Source: an uncultured Granulosicoccaceae bacterium (GTDB lineage: Bacteria; Pseudomonadota; Gammaproteobacteria; Granulosicoccales; Granulosicoccaceae). Taken from it: 64,000 nucleotides of DNA. Below the pieces are notes generated by a model. That model was given only the letters and a program-made list of their open reading frames with translations. It did not search any database and was not told where the DNA came from. Below are positions 9,474 through 18,198 of this stretch, in pieces. Within the stretch, counting starts at the first letter, position 1. Each line of letters starts with the position of its first letter. The DNA is taken from the NCBI GenBank assembly GCA_938006335.1, contig CALLMF010000001.1:30253-94252 (forward strand), in the 5' to 3' direction. A program made the translations under genes and the position numbers.

Positions 9474-10010
9474 TCAGTTGGCGCCGAGGTTGGATATGTC
9501 GGCGTCGTAGCTTTCACCACCTTCGGCACCATCACGCCCCAGAGACAGGATCTCGAAGCTTCCGCCATCAGCGATGTAGAGATAGTCGCGTCCCCATGGA
9601 TCCTTTTGCAGCTGCTTGATATAGCCACCCTGGTTCCAGTTGGCAGGCTCCGGATCGCCCGACGGCTCCTCAACCAGTGCTTGCAGGCCCTGCTCGGTGG
9701 AGGGGTAGTTGAAATTGTCGAGCTTGTAGAGCTCGAGCGCCGAGCTGAACGAGGCGATATCGTTGTTGGCGCGCACCACGCGGGCATCTTCCGGGCGGTT
9801 CATGATGAGCGGCACCACGGTCGCACCGAGGATCGCGATGATGGCCACCACCACCATGATCTCGATCAAGGTAAAGCCACGCACGCGACGACGCGGTGCC
9901 GTGCGCGCGCGACGGCCGGCAGTGCCCGAGGCAAGCTGCGGTGAACGCTGCGCATCCGCTGTTGATGCCAGCGATGAGAGTTGTACTGAATCCTGCATCG
10001 AAACTTTCAT
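9474..10010 (-). CDS. gspG: Type II secretion major pseudopilin G
   Basis: Motifs RG|FTLIEIMVVVAII, YKLDNFNYPSTEQGLQAL, KDPWGRDY and SLGRDG..GGE..DADI. Confidence 0.97.
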   Translation of the reverse strand: MKVSMQDSVQLSSLASTADAQRSPQLASGTAGRRARTAPRRRVRGFTLIEIMVVVAIIAILGATVVPLIMNRPEDARVVRANNDIASFSSALELYKLDNFNYPSTEQGLQALVEEPSGDPEPANWNQGGYIKQLQKDPWGRDYLYIADGGSFEILSLGRDGAEGGESYDADISNLGAN

Positions 10011-10158
10011 CTATTCTGAAAACCGTTGAGCGGCAATTGCCATCAGAAGAAGCTGCCACGAGACCCATCGAGAATAGCACCGGCTTTTCACGGCGCGACT
10101 GTCATGCCATTCGCATTGCCCCGCAGCAGCACTCGGGATAGGACACACACTGCAAGAA

Positions 10159-10854
10159 ATGATTCCGCCCGACACAGATAGCACGAAGGACTCTTCCGAC
10201 CCGGACCATGACGCTACGGAACAGGTGTCTGCACGCGCGAACAACGCTTTCCTGTCGCGGCCTTGCGGGCTGTCGCCAGCGCTGTGCTTGGCGGTGGCTA
10301 TCGGCCTCGCGTGTACGCTTCTTCAACTCGCAGGCCTTGATCAGGCGCTGCGCTTTGATCGCGACGCAATCCAGGACGGGGCGTGGTGGCGATTGCTGAG
10401 CGGTAATTTTGTACACCTCGGCTTTGCCCACCTTGCAATGAATCTGGCAGGCCTTGCGCTGGTGGTTGCGCTGGTATGGAAGCGGTTCGAGCTGCTTGCA
10501 TGGTCGATCATCAGCATCGGTGCGAGCCTGTTCGTGGGCATCGGCCTGCTGCTATTGAACCCGGAAGTGTCCTGGTACGTCGGATTCAGCGGCACGCTGC
10601 ACGGCTTGATCATCGCCGGCACGTTGGCAGACTTGCGTGTGTGGCCCAGATCCGCCGCGGTACTGCTGGTCGCGGTGATCGGCAAACTCGCCTGGGAGCA
10701 ATGGAGCGGTGCCTTGCCGGGCAGCGAGTCGGTGGCTGGCGGACGCGTCATCGTGGACTCACACCTCTACGGTGCGGTCGGTGGCGCGGTGATCGGTGGC
10801 GTGCTGATCGCGATGCAGATCATGCGTGCGCGCGATCGCAAGGATGTTGCATGA
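10159..10854 (+). CDS. rrtA: Rhombosortase (rhomboid-family intramembrane protease)
   Basis: Motifs WWRLLSGNFVHLGFAHLAMN, YVGFSGTLHG (catalytic Ser) and DSHLYG (catalytic His); the YVGxSGxLHG context matches the rhombosortase subfamily. Confidence 0.8.
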   Translation: MIPPDTDSTKDSSDPDHDATEQVSARANNAFLSRPCGLSPALCLAVAIGLACTLLQLAGLDQALRFDRDAIQDGAWWRLLSGNFVHLGFAHLAMNLAGLALVVALVWKRFELLAWSIISIGASLFVGIGLLLLNPEVSWYVGFSGTLHGLIIAGTLADLRVWPRSAAVLLVAVIGKLAWEQWSGALPGSESVAGGRVIVDSHLYGAVGGAVIGGVLIAMQIMRARDRKDVA

Positions 10855-11357
10855 GCGCTACTGCCGAGGTCGCCTGGTCGCTGTGCACCTTCGATGAGTT
10901 GGACGTGCATGGCCTGTATGCGCTGCTGGCACTGCGCTCAGAGGTGTTTGTGGTGGAGCAGGAGTGCGTCTATCTGGACATCGACAACAAGGACCCACTG
11001 CCGGGCAGCCGGCATGTGCTCGGTACCATCAACGGCGTGCTGTGCGCCTATGCTCGATCGCTTGCCCCTGAGGACAATCGCGGGCCAGACGCAGAGCCGG
11101 TTGCGCGTATCGGCCGAGTGGTGGTCAGCCCTGACTATCGGCGCCGCGGCCTTGCCGACAAATTATTGGCGATACTCGAGACAGACCTGTACGAACGCTT
11201 TCCGAGCGCCACGCTCTCACTCGATGCCCAGGTCGCCGCCGAAGCCTTGTACGCAGGCGCAGGTTTTGTGCGCTGCGGTGAGGTCTTCCTGGAAGATGGA
11301 ATCGAACACGTGACCATGCAAAAGCCGTCAGCAATAGCCACGAAGGGTCTCGAGTAG
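10851..11357 (+). CDS. elaA: ElaA-like GNAT acetyltransferase
   Basis: Motifs LYALLALRSEVFVVEQEC.YLDID.KD, RIGRVVV and FLEDGIEHV.M; ATGA overlap with the rhombosortase stop. Confidence 0.9.
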   Translation: MSATAEVAWSLCTFDELDVHGLYALLALRSEVFVVEQECVYLDIDNKDPLPGSRHVLGTINGVLCAYARSLAPEDNRGPDAEPVARIGRVVVSPDYRRRGLADKLLAILETDLYERFPSATLSLDAQVAAEALYAGAGFVRCGEVFLEDGIEHVTMQKPSAIATKGLE

Positions 11358-12344
11358 CGACGCGGACACAGCCGCACCCTCGCTCTGATGACGCTCGCGC
11401 GCGGCAAAGCGCCGAGCCGATGGCAGACGCGTGCCCTCCTGAGACAACACATCGGCAAACAGACGCTCCGCGCGCGCGCCGTGGTCTGCCTTCTGGCCGG
11501 GGGCTGCGCAATGCTCGGGATCAATCGCGAGCAGGAACTCGCCACCAAAGGGTGCGCCGGTGTTGTTGACGTCGTGCGCCTGTGACTCACGGCTCGACAG
11601 CTCACCGATCAGCGGCCCCGCGAGCAGCTCCACCATCATTGCAAGCGAGGCCCCCTTGTAGCCACCGAACGGCAACTGCGCGCCAGCAAGTGCCGCTTCC
11701 GGATCCGTGGTGGCTTGTCCGGCCGCATCGATGGCCCACCCCGCTGGCAGAGGCTTGCCCTCTCGCAGATGCAGCTGAATCTCGCCGCGCGCACTGACAC
11801 TGCTTGCCTGATCAAACACATACGGCGGCCCATCGGTGCGCGGAAAACCGAAGGCCATCGGGTTGGTTCCAAACACCGGCTTCGTGCCACCGGCGGGCGC
11901 CACGTAAGCGACCGACGTGGTGCAGGCAAAGCCCACCAGCCCCCGCTCCGCCAGCCATTCGACCTCCGGCCACAGGGATGCGATGTTGTAGACACGCCGG
12001 ATGGCGAGCAGCGCAATACCGAGCGTGCGCGCGGTATCGGCGAGTGCCTCGAGGCCGACTTCCAGCGCCAGCGGACAGAAGCCATGACCGGCATCTACCT
12101 GCACCACAGCGCCTTTTGCGGTGTGCAGCCGCGGCACCGCCGACGGGTCACAATCCTCATTGGAGGCCGCGGCCACATAAAAGGGAATCCGAAAGAGACC
12201 GTGAGACAGGCAACCGTCCCGCTCCGCTGCGGTCACGTTGCGCGCAATCGCTTCCGCTTGCGCGCTGGAGAACCCCTGCGCCTGCAGCGCCGTGCCCGCC
12301 AGCGCGTGAATCGCCTCAAGATCGAGTGTTTCGGTATCAGACAT
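11328..12344 (-). CDS. Ldh_2-family NAD(P)H oxidoreductase (DpkA/LhpD/ComC-like; substrate unresolved)
   Basis: Motifs DGCLSHGLFRIP, GTNPMAFGFP, FDQASS and GGYKGASLAMMVELLAG; start set at ATG 12344. Confidence 0.85.
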   Translation of the reverse strand: MSDTETLDLEAIHALAGTALQAQGFSSAQAEAIARNVTAAERDGCLSHGLFRIPFYVAAASNEDCDPSAVPRLHTAKGAVVQVDAGHGFCPLALEVGLEALADTARTLGIALLAIRRVYNIASLWPEVEWLAERGLVGFACTTSVAYVAPAGGTKPVFGTNPMAFGFPRTDGPPYVFDQASSVSARGEIQLHLREGKPLPAGWAIDAAGQATTDPEAALAGAQLPFGGYKGASLAMMVELLAGPLIGELSSRESQAHDVNNTGAPFGGEFLLAIDPEHCAAPGQKADHGARAERLFADVLSQEGTRLPSARRFAARERHQSEGAAVSASLLETLRGYC

Positions 12345-12349
12345 GTGGG

Positions 12350-14404
12350 CTAGCCCGGTTGTTCCAGATCCTTCAACCATTGCAACTCGAACAACAGCGC
12401 TCTGGGTGGATCAAGCTCCAGTGAGCCGTACATCTGCGGATTGGCCCCCACGGCATACCGGCTCGAATCGGTGAAAGCGTTGAGGGTGGTCTCGGTCCAC
12501 TCGCAGCCGGGGGTGCCGTGTTGCACGACCGTCGCCTCGATGATGATTCCGTTGTCAGACGCCTCATAATGGCCTTCCATGGTCACGTGCGTGTTTTTTG
12601 CCGTGAAGCGGCCCTCGTTCATCACGACGTCCAGCACGGTATCCAGCGCGGTATCCAGCGGCGCAGGCTCCTCGCTGAGAAAGGACAGCCTCCAGTGGCC
12701 ACTGGTCTGTTGCAGTGCTGTTAGCTCAGGAAGAGAAGGTGGAGAGAGAAAGGTACGGGGGCCCAGCACGGCGGCCTGGGCCGTCTCGCCGCGCAACGCC
12801 ACACCGCGTTCATGGTGGAGTGCTCGAGCGGTGCGCAGCTTGTCCCGCCACGGCGCCTCGCAGAGTGCTTCGGCAAGATCGAGGGTAAGGGTCCAGTCGA
12901 GGTGGCTGGGCGCGGGCTGCTGGTAGCCAAGCAAGCACTGATCGATATGATCCTCAGGTGGCGCATCGCGCTTCAGTGACTCAAACGCGTGCAGAGTCAC
13001 AGGACGCCAGAAGGCGTGCAGATCGATCGCATGGATCTCGTCATAGTCGTCGCGCAGTCTGAGCAGTTCGAGTCGCCAGTTCAACTCTTCAAAGGCATCC
13101 AGCCCCGCATTGAGCGTAAACCAGCGATCGCATTGGGCTTCATCGGCCACGTTGGGGTTGCCATCGATGGACGCAAGGGACGCAAGATGTTCCCGAGTGT
13201 TGATGGCGCAGCAAAAACCATCGAAGTGGAACCGGTTGCGGAGGGTGAAGGCATAGATCGTCTGGTCGGCGAACGTCGCCCTCGCCTCATTCCAGGCTTG
13301 CAGCAGCCGATCGCTGAAGCCTTCGGCAAGTTCGGTCAGAGCACCGAGCACAGTAGCTGCTCGCAGGGTGGGTGCTTCGTCTGTTTGGCTCAGACGACTC
13401 AGGACCAATTGGTCATAGGGGCCTTCTGGTCCACCTTGCAAAATTCGAAGACTGACCACGTCTTCTCGACCGTGCAAATCGCCATCGTGCTTCGCTATCA
13501 GCTTGATTCTCTCCCAGCGTTTGGAGTGCCCGCCAAGACGCGTGACTTGCGCATCAATGAGAATATGTGTGTCCTCGCATTCGTATCGTCCTTGCAAAAA
13601 CAGGCCGGTTGCGCTGGCCGTTATCTGACCATTGTCCAGCGCAGCGCTCATGAACAGGACAGGCGCTGGATCGTCTGACATGCAAAACGTCAACCGCCAA
13701 TGGCCGGACAGACTCGCGCTCCTACCTTCATATTTAGGAGACCGAAAGGATTTACCACCTGGGTGCGTCGGGCCGAGCCAATACGTTGTTTCAACAGGCC
13801 CGTGACGATCTAACCACCAGAGTCTTTCCGTTACACGGGCAGCCTCGAGCTCCTCAACCCAGTGTGGCAGGCAAAGCTTTTTCGCAAGCGAAATACTGAG
13901 ATCCCACTCAAGGTGGGTAAAGTTCAATGACTGAAAACCGAGGAGCAGTGCGTCAACATTGTCCTCCTCAGGCGCATTGGCCTTGAAGTACTCAAACGCT
14001 TTCAGAACAACGTCGTGCCACAGCGCGTGCTGATCAAGGTCATAGAAGTCATCAAATTCGTCGCGATACGATAGATCATCCAGGCTGCAATAAACCCGAG
14101 TGAGGGTGTCGTGGAACAGCTCTGTCTCTGTCCAATCGAAACAGGAGACTTTGCTCAACGCCGCGACTCTAGCGACTGGGAATACCGTGTGCTGACGATG
14201 TCTGAGCGCGACGTGATCCGTTGTCCGGCGGAGATTGGTGTAGGTGTTCAATGTACCTACAGAGGTGTAGGCGTGATGCAAGCGGAGACAGAAAGCATAG
14301 GTGTCTGATCGTGGGTACTTCTGCTTGGCAAGCTCCCACTCTTCGCAAAGCGCTCTACCGAGCGGTTCGGTGATCTCGCGTATGGTCTTCTCTATCTCTT
14401 TCAT
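12350..14404 (-). CDS. Hypothetical 684-aa protein with a tandem internal duplication; putative immunity protein (DUF4303-like N-terminal motif)
   Basis: ATG 14404 overlaps the upstream TGA. The two halves share motifs (YAFCLR/YAFTLR, SGHWRLTF/SGHWRLSF). The immunity role is inferred from gene context. Confidence 0.6.
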   Translation of the reverse strand: MKEIEKTIREITEPLGRALCEEWELAKQKYPRSDTYAFCLRLHHAYTSVGTLNTYTNLRRTTDHVALRHRQHTVFPVARVAALSKVSCFDWTETELFHDTLTRVYCSLDDLSYRDEFDDFYDLDQHALWHDVVLKAFEYFKANAPEEDNVDALLLGFQSLNFTHLEWDLSISLAKKLCLPHWVEELEAARVTERLWWLDRHGPVETTYWLGPTHPGGKSFRSPKYEGRSASLSGHWRLTFCMSDDPAPVLFMSAALDNGQITASATGLFLQGRYECEDTHILIDAQVTRLGGHSKRWERIKLIAKHDGDLHGREDVVSLRILQGGPEGPYDQLVLSRLSQTDEAPTLRAATVLGALTELAEGFSDRLLQAWNEARATFADQTIYAFTLRNRFHFDGFCCAINTREHLASLASIDGNPNVADEAQCDRWFTLNAGLDAFEELNWRLELLRLRDDYDEIHAIDLHAFWRPVTLHAFESLKRDAPPEDHIDQCLLGYQQPAPSHLDWTLTLDLAEALCEAPWRDKLRTARALHHERGVALRGETAQAAVLGPRTFLSPPSLPELTALQQTSGHWRLSFLSEEPAPLDTALDTVLDVVMNEGRFTAKNTHVTMEGHYEASDNGIIIEATVVQHGTPGCEWTETTLNAFTDSSRYAVGANPQMYGSLELDPPRALLFELQWLKDLEQPG

Positions 14405-14862
14405 GGTCGTGGTCGGTAACTGACATTCAGCGCCCATTCTGCCAGCGCAGCTTGAACAGCTCTGCGTTTGGCTTCACCTGTTTTTCCTTCCTTAGCCTGA
14501 TTGAGCAATTGATTAAGTTCGCCTTGTGGCCCATCTCCATGAATTTCTGCTGCTTGGTAAGGCGTCCAGAATAGGTTCTCACGACCAAGCAATGGATCAA
14601 TACCAACCTCTTTTAGGATTTCATGGTTTTCCTTTGCCATTGCACCGCTTCCTGATTTTTCTACCAAGTGGTGTGCGTGGTACTGAACACCCTCGCCACT
14701 GTCCGGTCGCTTCGTCGTTGTTATTTCCTCAAGGTATTTCGTCCAACGGGTACCCCAGATGTTCTCCCCCTTCTCCAAGCTTCCCTGATACACAATCTCC
14801 GCAATCTGTTGGCGGAAGGCGGCTGACGAGATCTGGGAAGCAGAGCCACGCACTGCACTCAC
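14401..14862 (-). CDS. Orphan AHH-type (HNH/EndoVII superfamily) nuclease toxin domain, 153 aa
   Basis: YHAHHLVEK...GIDP...ENLFWTP...H pattern resembles AHH nucleases; the DNA is visibly more A/T-rich than its flanks; no N-terminal delivery domain. Confidence 0.55.
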   Translation of the reverse strand: MSAVRGSASQISSAAFRQQIAEIVYQGSLEKGENIWGTRWTKYLEEITTTKRPDSGEGVQYHAHHLVEKSGSGAMAKENHEILKEVGIDPLLGRENLFWTPYQAAEIHGDGPQGELNQLLNQAKEGKTGEAKRRAVQAALAEWALNVSYRPRP

Positions 14863-15114
14863 GACACATCAAGCACTCCGTGCACACAATCGGCTCCGAA
14901 TTCAGACCCAGCGGACTGCCGATATCAATGAAAGTCACGATACGGGCGAAAACGCTACACGTGTAGCACCTCCACGGGGCACGCCCCTGATCATGGCGCG
15001 GGTGATGAATGCTTCAGACTAGTGACAGGACAATGTGTGTCCATGTTGCAGAACTCCCCCGCTAGTGTCGACACTTGATCATTCTGTACCCCTGCATTCG
15101 TCCTTGCCCTGACC

Positions 15115-16104
15115 ATGGTTGCCCAACTGATAGACACCGTGCTGGAACGCTCGGTAGCGCCCAGCTTCTCAAGTATCGGCCCGTGGGCCCGCCGACGCTT
15201 GTTCAAGTGGCCTCAGCTCGAACAGTACGATCTGTCCGGACGCACGGTGGTGCTGACCGGCGGCACATCAGGAATCGGTGAGGCGGCAGCGCTTGTGTAC
15301 GCATCCCTCGGCGCGCGTCTGGTCATTGTTGCGCGCAGCCCCGAGAAGACCGACGCCACCATCAAGGCGCTGAAGGATCAAACGGGCAATCAAGACATCC
15401 ATGCCGTGCTTGCCGACCTTGGCCAGCAAGACGAGGTACGACGCGCGGTCGATGAGCTACTCGACAAACATGCACCGATCGACACGCTGGTGCACAACGC
15501 AGGCGCACTCTTCAATGAACGCCGCCGTGTTGAAGACGGGACCGATCTCACGGTGGAACTGATGGTCGCCACCCCTTTTCTGATGACCAGCCTGTTGTTA
15601 CCCGCACTCACGCAAGGTGACACACCCGGGCGAGTGCTCACGATGAGCTCGGGTGGCATGTACACAGAAGGCCTGCGTGTGGAAGATCTTGAAATGACAG
15701 ACAGCGAGTATCAGGGCGCCAAGCAATACGCACGCGCCAAACGCGCACAGGTGTCACTCAACACCGTATGGGCCGAACGTGTCAGCCGCGCGCGTTGCGT
15801 ATTCCACGCCCTGCACCCGGGTTGGGTTGACACACCAGGCATTCAGGATGCGTTGCCGGGCTTCTCCAAGGTGCTGCAGCGCGTCGGCTTGTTGCGCTCG
15901 GCTCGCGAAGGTGCCGACACACTCGTGTGGTTGACCGCTGACGCGGAAGCGCTCGAGTCCAGTGGGGACTTCTGGCACGACCGCGCTCGCCGCGATCCTC
16001 ACATGATGGCGCGCACACGCAGTAGCGATACTCCCGAGAAACGCGCTGCGCTATGGCAGTGGTGTGAGCAACATACTGGCTGCACACCGCCGGAGGTCAC
16101 CTAG
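15115..16104 (+). CDS. Short-chain dehydrogenase/reductase (DHRS12-like)
   Basis: Motifs TGGTSGIG, HNAG, MSSGG, YARAK and HPGWVDTPG. Confidence 0.9.
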   Translation: MVAQLIDTVLERSVAPSFSSIGPWARRRLFKWPQLEQYDLSGRTVVLTGGTSGIGEAAALVYASLGARLVIVARSPEKTDATIKALKDQTGNQDIHAVLADLGQQDEVRRAVDELLDKHAPIDTLVHNAGALFNERRRVEDGTDLTVELMVATPFLMTSLLLPALTQGDTPGRVLTMSSGGMYTEGLRVEDLEMTDSEYQGAKQYARAKRAQVSLNTVWAERVSRARCVFHALHPGWVDTPGIQDALPGFSKVLQRVGLLRSAREGADTLVWLTADAEALESSGDFWHDRARRDPHMMARTRSSDTPEKRAALWQWCEQHTGCTPPEVT

Positions 16105-18173
16105 ACCGAACCGTAATCCTTGCGGTTGTCGCCAATCCACCGATCGATCAGCGCATCCGTGGCGGTTGGCTGTTGTGTCATGAGCTGATCAGCCACTTCG
16201 CTGACCGCATCGAGCAGATCGTCGTCGCGCCCGAGCTCTGCGATGCGAAACTCGGCAAGCCCGGTTTGCCGGGTACCCAGCACTTCCCCGGCACCGCGTA
16301 ATTCAAGGTCCTTCTGTGCGATCGCAAATCCGTCGTTACTCTTGCGCATGATGCCAAGGCGCTCCCTGGCTGTTCGTGACAGGGGCGCTTGATACAACAA
16401 CAAGCAGCTCGAGGCTTGCGCTCCACGCCCGACACGCCCGCGTAACTGATGCAACTGTGAAAGACCGAGACGCTCGGCATTCTCGATGATCATGAGCGAG
16501 GCATTGGGCACATCCACACCGACTTCGATGACCGTTGTCGCCACCAGGAGATCAAGCTCACGTGCCTTGAAGGATTTCATGACTGCCTCCTTGTCGGCAG
16601 ACTTCAGCCTGCCGTGCACCAGGCCTATCCTGAACTCCGGCATTGCCTCCCGCAGTGTTGCCACGGTGTCCTCGGCGGCTTCTGCCTGCAGATGCTCCGA
16701 GTCCTCGATCAGCGTGCAGACCCAGTACACCTGACGCCCCTCGCGCACAGCAAGACCCACCCGTTCGATCACTTCATCGCGACGACTGGAATCGATGGCG
16801 ACCGTAGTAACGGGCTTGCGCCCTGGAGGTAATTCGTCAATGACCGACACATCGAGGTCTGCGTAGGCCGTCATTGCGAGCGTCCGTGGAATGGGCGTCG
16901 CCGTCATGATCAACTGATGGGGCACCTGATTCCCCGACTCGCCTTTCTGGCGCAATGCCAGCCGTTGATGCACACCGAAGCGATGTTGCTCATCGATGAT
17001 GGCGATACCCAGCCTGTCAAACACCACGTCCTTCTGGAACAGGGCGTGGGTACCTACGACGATACGGCTATGCCCGAGAGCAACGGCTTCGATGGCATCG
17101 CGCCGCTTGGCCACGGACAACTTGCCGGTCAACCAACCGACATTCACACCCAAAGGTTCAAACCACTCACTGAAATTGAGCAGGTGCTGCTCGGCAAGGA
17201 TCTCGGTGGGCGCCATCAGGGCCACCTGGTATCCCGCATCCACCGCATCGGCAGCCGCAAGGGCTGCGACCACGGTCTTACCCGCACCGACGTCCCCCTG
17301 TACGAGTCGCAGCATCGGCTCGGTACTCAGCATGTCTTCTCCGAGCTCGGCCAGTACACGAGCCTGTGCACCGGTCAGCTCAAAGGCAAGCGCCGCCTGC
17401 AATTGACGGGCAAGCTCATTGCCCGGCACGATGGACGGCGCCTGCAAGTGCCGTGTCAGGTGACGTAGACGACGCAGCCCCATTCGATGTGCCACCAGTT
17501 CTTCAAAGGCGAGGCGCCGATGCGCCGGATGTCTGCCCTCCATCAGGGCTGCGACATCGGCATCCGGAGGTGGGCGATGCACGATCATCAGCGCGTCACG
17601 CAGTGACGGTAATGCAAGCCCAGGCATCAACTCAACCGGCAACCAGTCCTTGAGCACCACCGAGTCGAGCCGTGCAAGCGCTTGATCGGTCAATGAACGG
17701 AGCCTGAGCTGCTGGATGCCTTCGGTGGTTCTGTAAAACGGCGTCAATGCGGTGTCCAGCGCAGCATCATCGGCATCCGCTGCGATCACACGATATTCCG
17801 GGTGCACCATCTCCAGCCGACCCGGCCCTCGGCGCGCTTCTCCAAAGCAACGCAAGCGCACCCCCTTCTCGAACTGGCGCACTTGCGTCTGATTGAAGTG
17901 GAAGAACCTGAGCACCAGCGAGCCGGTGCCGTCAGCCACCCGGACCAGCAAGGCACGCCGCCGTCGCATGACCACCTCAGCGTGCACGACCTCCACGGTG
18001 ACTACCGCTTCCTGACCATGAGCCAGGCTGCCAACAGGACTGACGCGTGTGCGGTCCTGATAACGAAAGGGCAGATGGAACAGGAGATCCTCTAGATGAC
18101 GAATCCCGAGAGTGGCGAGCTTCTCGGCCAGAGCGCTACCGACGCCCTTGAGTTCGGTGATCGCGGTACTCAC
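16101..18173 (-). CDS. recG: ATP-dependent DNA helicase RecG
   Basis: Motifs LLFHLPFRYQDR, QGDVGAGKT, IIDEQHRFGV, TATPIPRT and QLRGRVGRG. Confidence 0.98.
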   Translation of the reverse strand: MSTAITELKGVGSALAEKLATLGIRHLEDLLFHLPFRYQDRTRVSPVGSLAHGQEAVVTVEVVHAEVVMRRRRALLVRVADGTGSLVLRFFHFNQTQVRQFEKGVRLRCFGEARRGPGRLEMVHPEYRVIAADADDAALDTALTPFYRTTEGIQQLRLRSLTDQALARLDSVVLKDWLPVELMPGLALPSLRDALMIVHRPPPDADVAALMEGRHPAHRRLAFEELVAHRMGLRRLRHLTRHLQAPSIVPGNELARQLQAALAFELTGAQARVLAELGEDMLSTEPMLRLVQGDVGAGKTVVAALAAADAVDAGYQVALMAPTEILAEQHLLNFSEWFEPLGVNVGWLTGKLSVAKRRDAIEAVALGHSRIVVGTHALFQKDVVFDRLGIAIIDEQHRFGVHQRLALRQKGESGNQVPHQLIMTATPIPRTLAMTAYADLDVSVIDELPPGRKPVTTVAIDSSRRDEVIERVGLAVREGRQVYWVCTLIEDSEHLQAEAAEDTVATLREAMPEFRIGLVHGRLKSADKEAVMKSFKARELDLLVATTVIEVGVDVPNASLMIIENAERLGLSQLHQLRGRVGRGAQASSCLLLYQAPLSRTARERLGIMRKSNDGFAIAQKDLELRGAGEVLGTRQTGLAEFRIAELGRDDDLLDAVSEVADQLMTQQPTATDALIDRWIGDNRKDYGSV

Positions 18174-18198
18174 GGCCGAAGAGAAGCTCGCACCCGTA

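Noticed and set aside
8390-9870. Repeated GAT(C/G)AGCGTGAAACC-like nucleotide motif
   Set aside because: It simply encodes the shared GFTLIE prepilin motif of gspG/H/I/J and is not a separate repeat element.
14729-14938. 69-aa Cys-rich ORF containing GSPLGL (Rhs DPxGL-like or hydrolase-like motif)
   Set aside because: It overlaps the toxin ORF in another frame and lacks the upstream Rhs PxxxxDPxG context; there is not enough evidence for a real gene or a frameshifted Rhs core.
12347-15067. CTAG tetramers at both ends of the toxin cassette as a possible target-site duplication
   Set aside because: CTAG recurs at many TAG stop codons across this window, so its presence here is not diagnostic.
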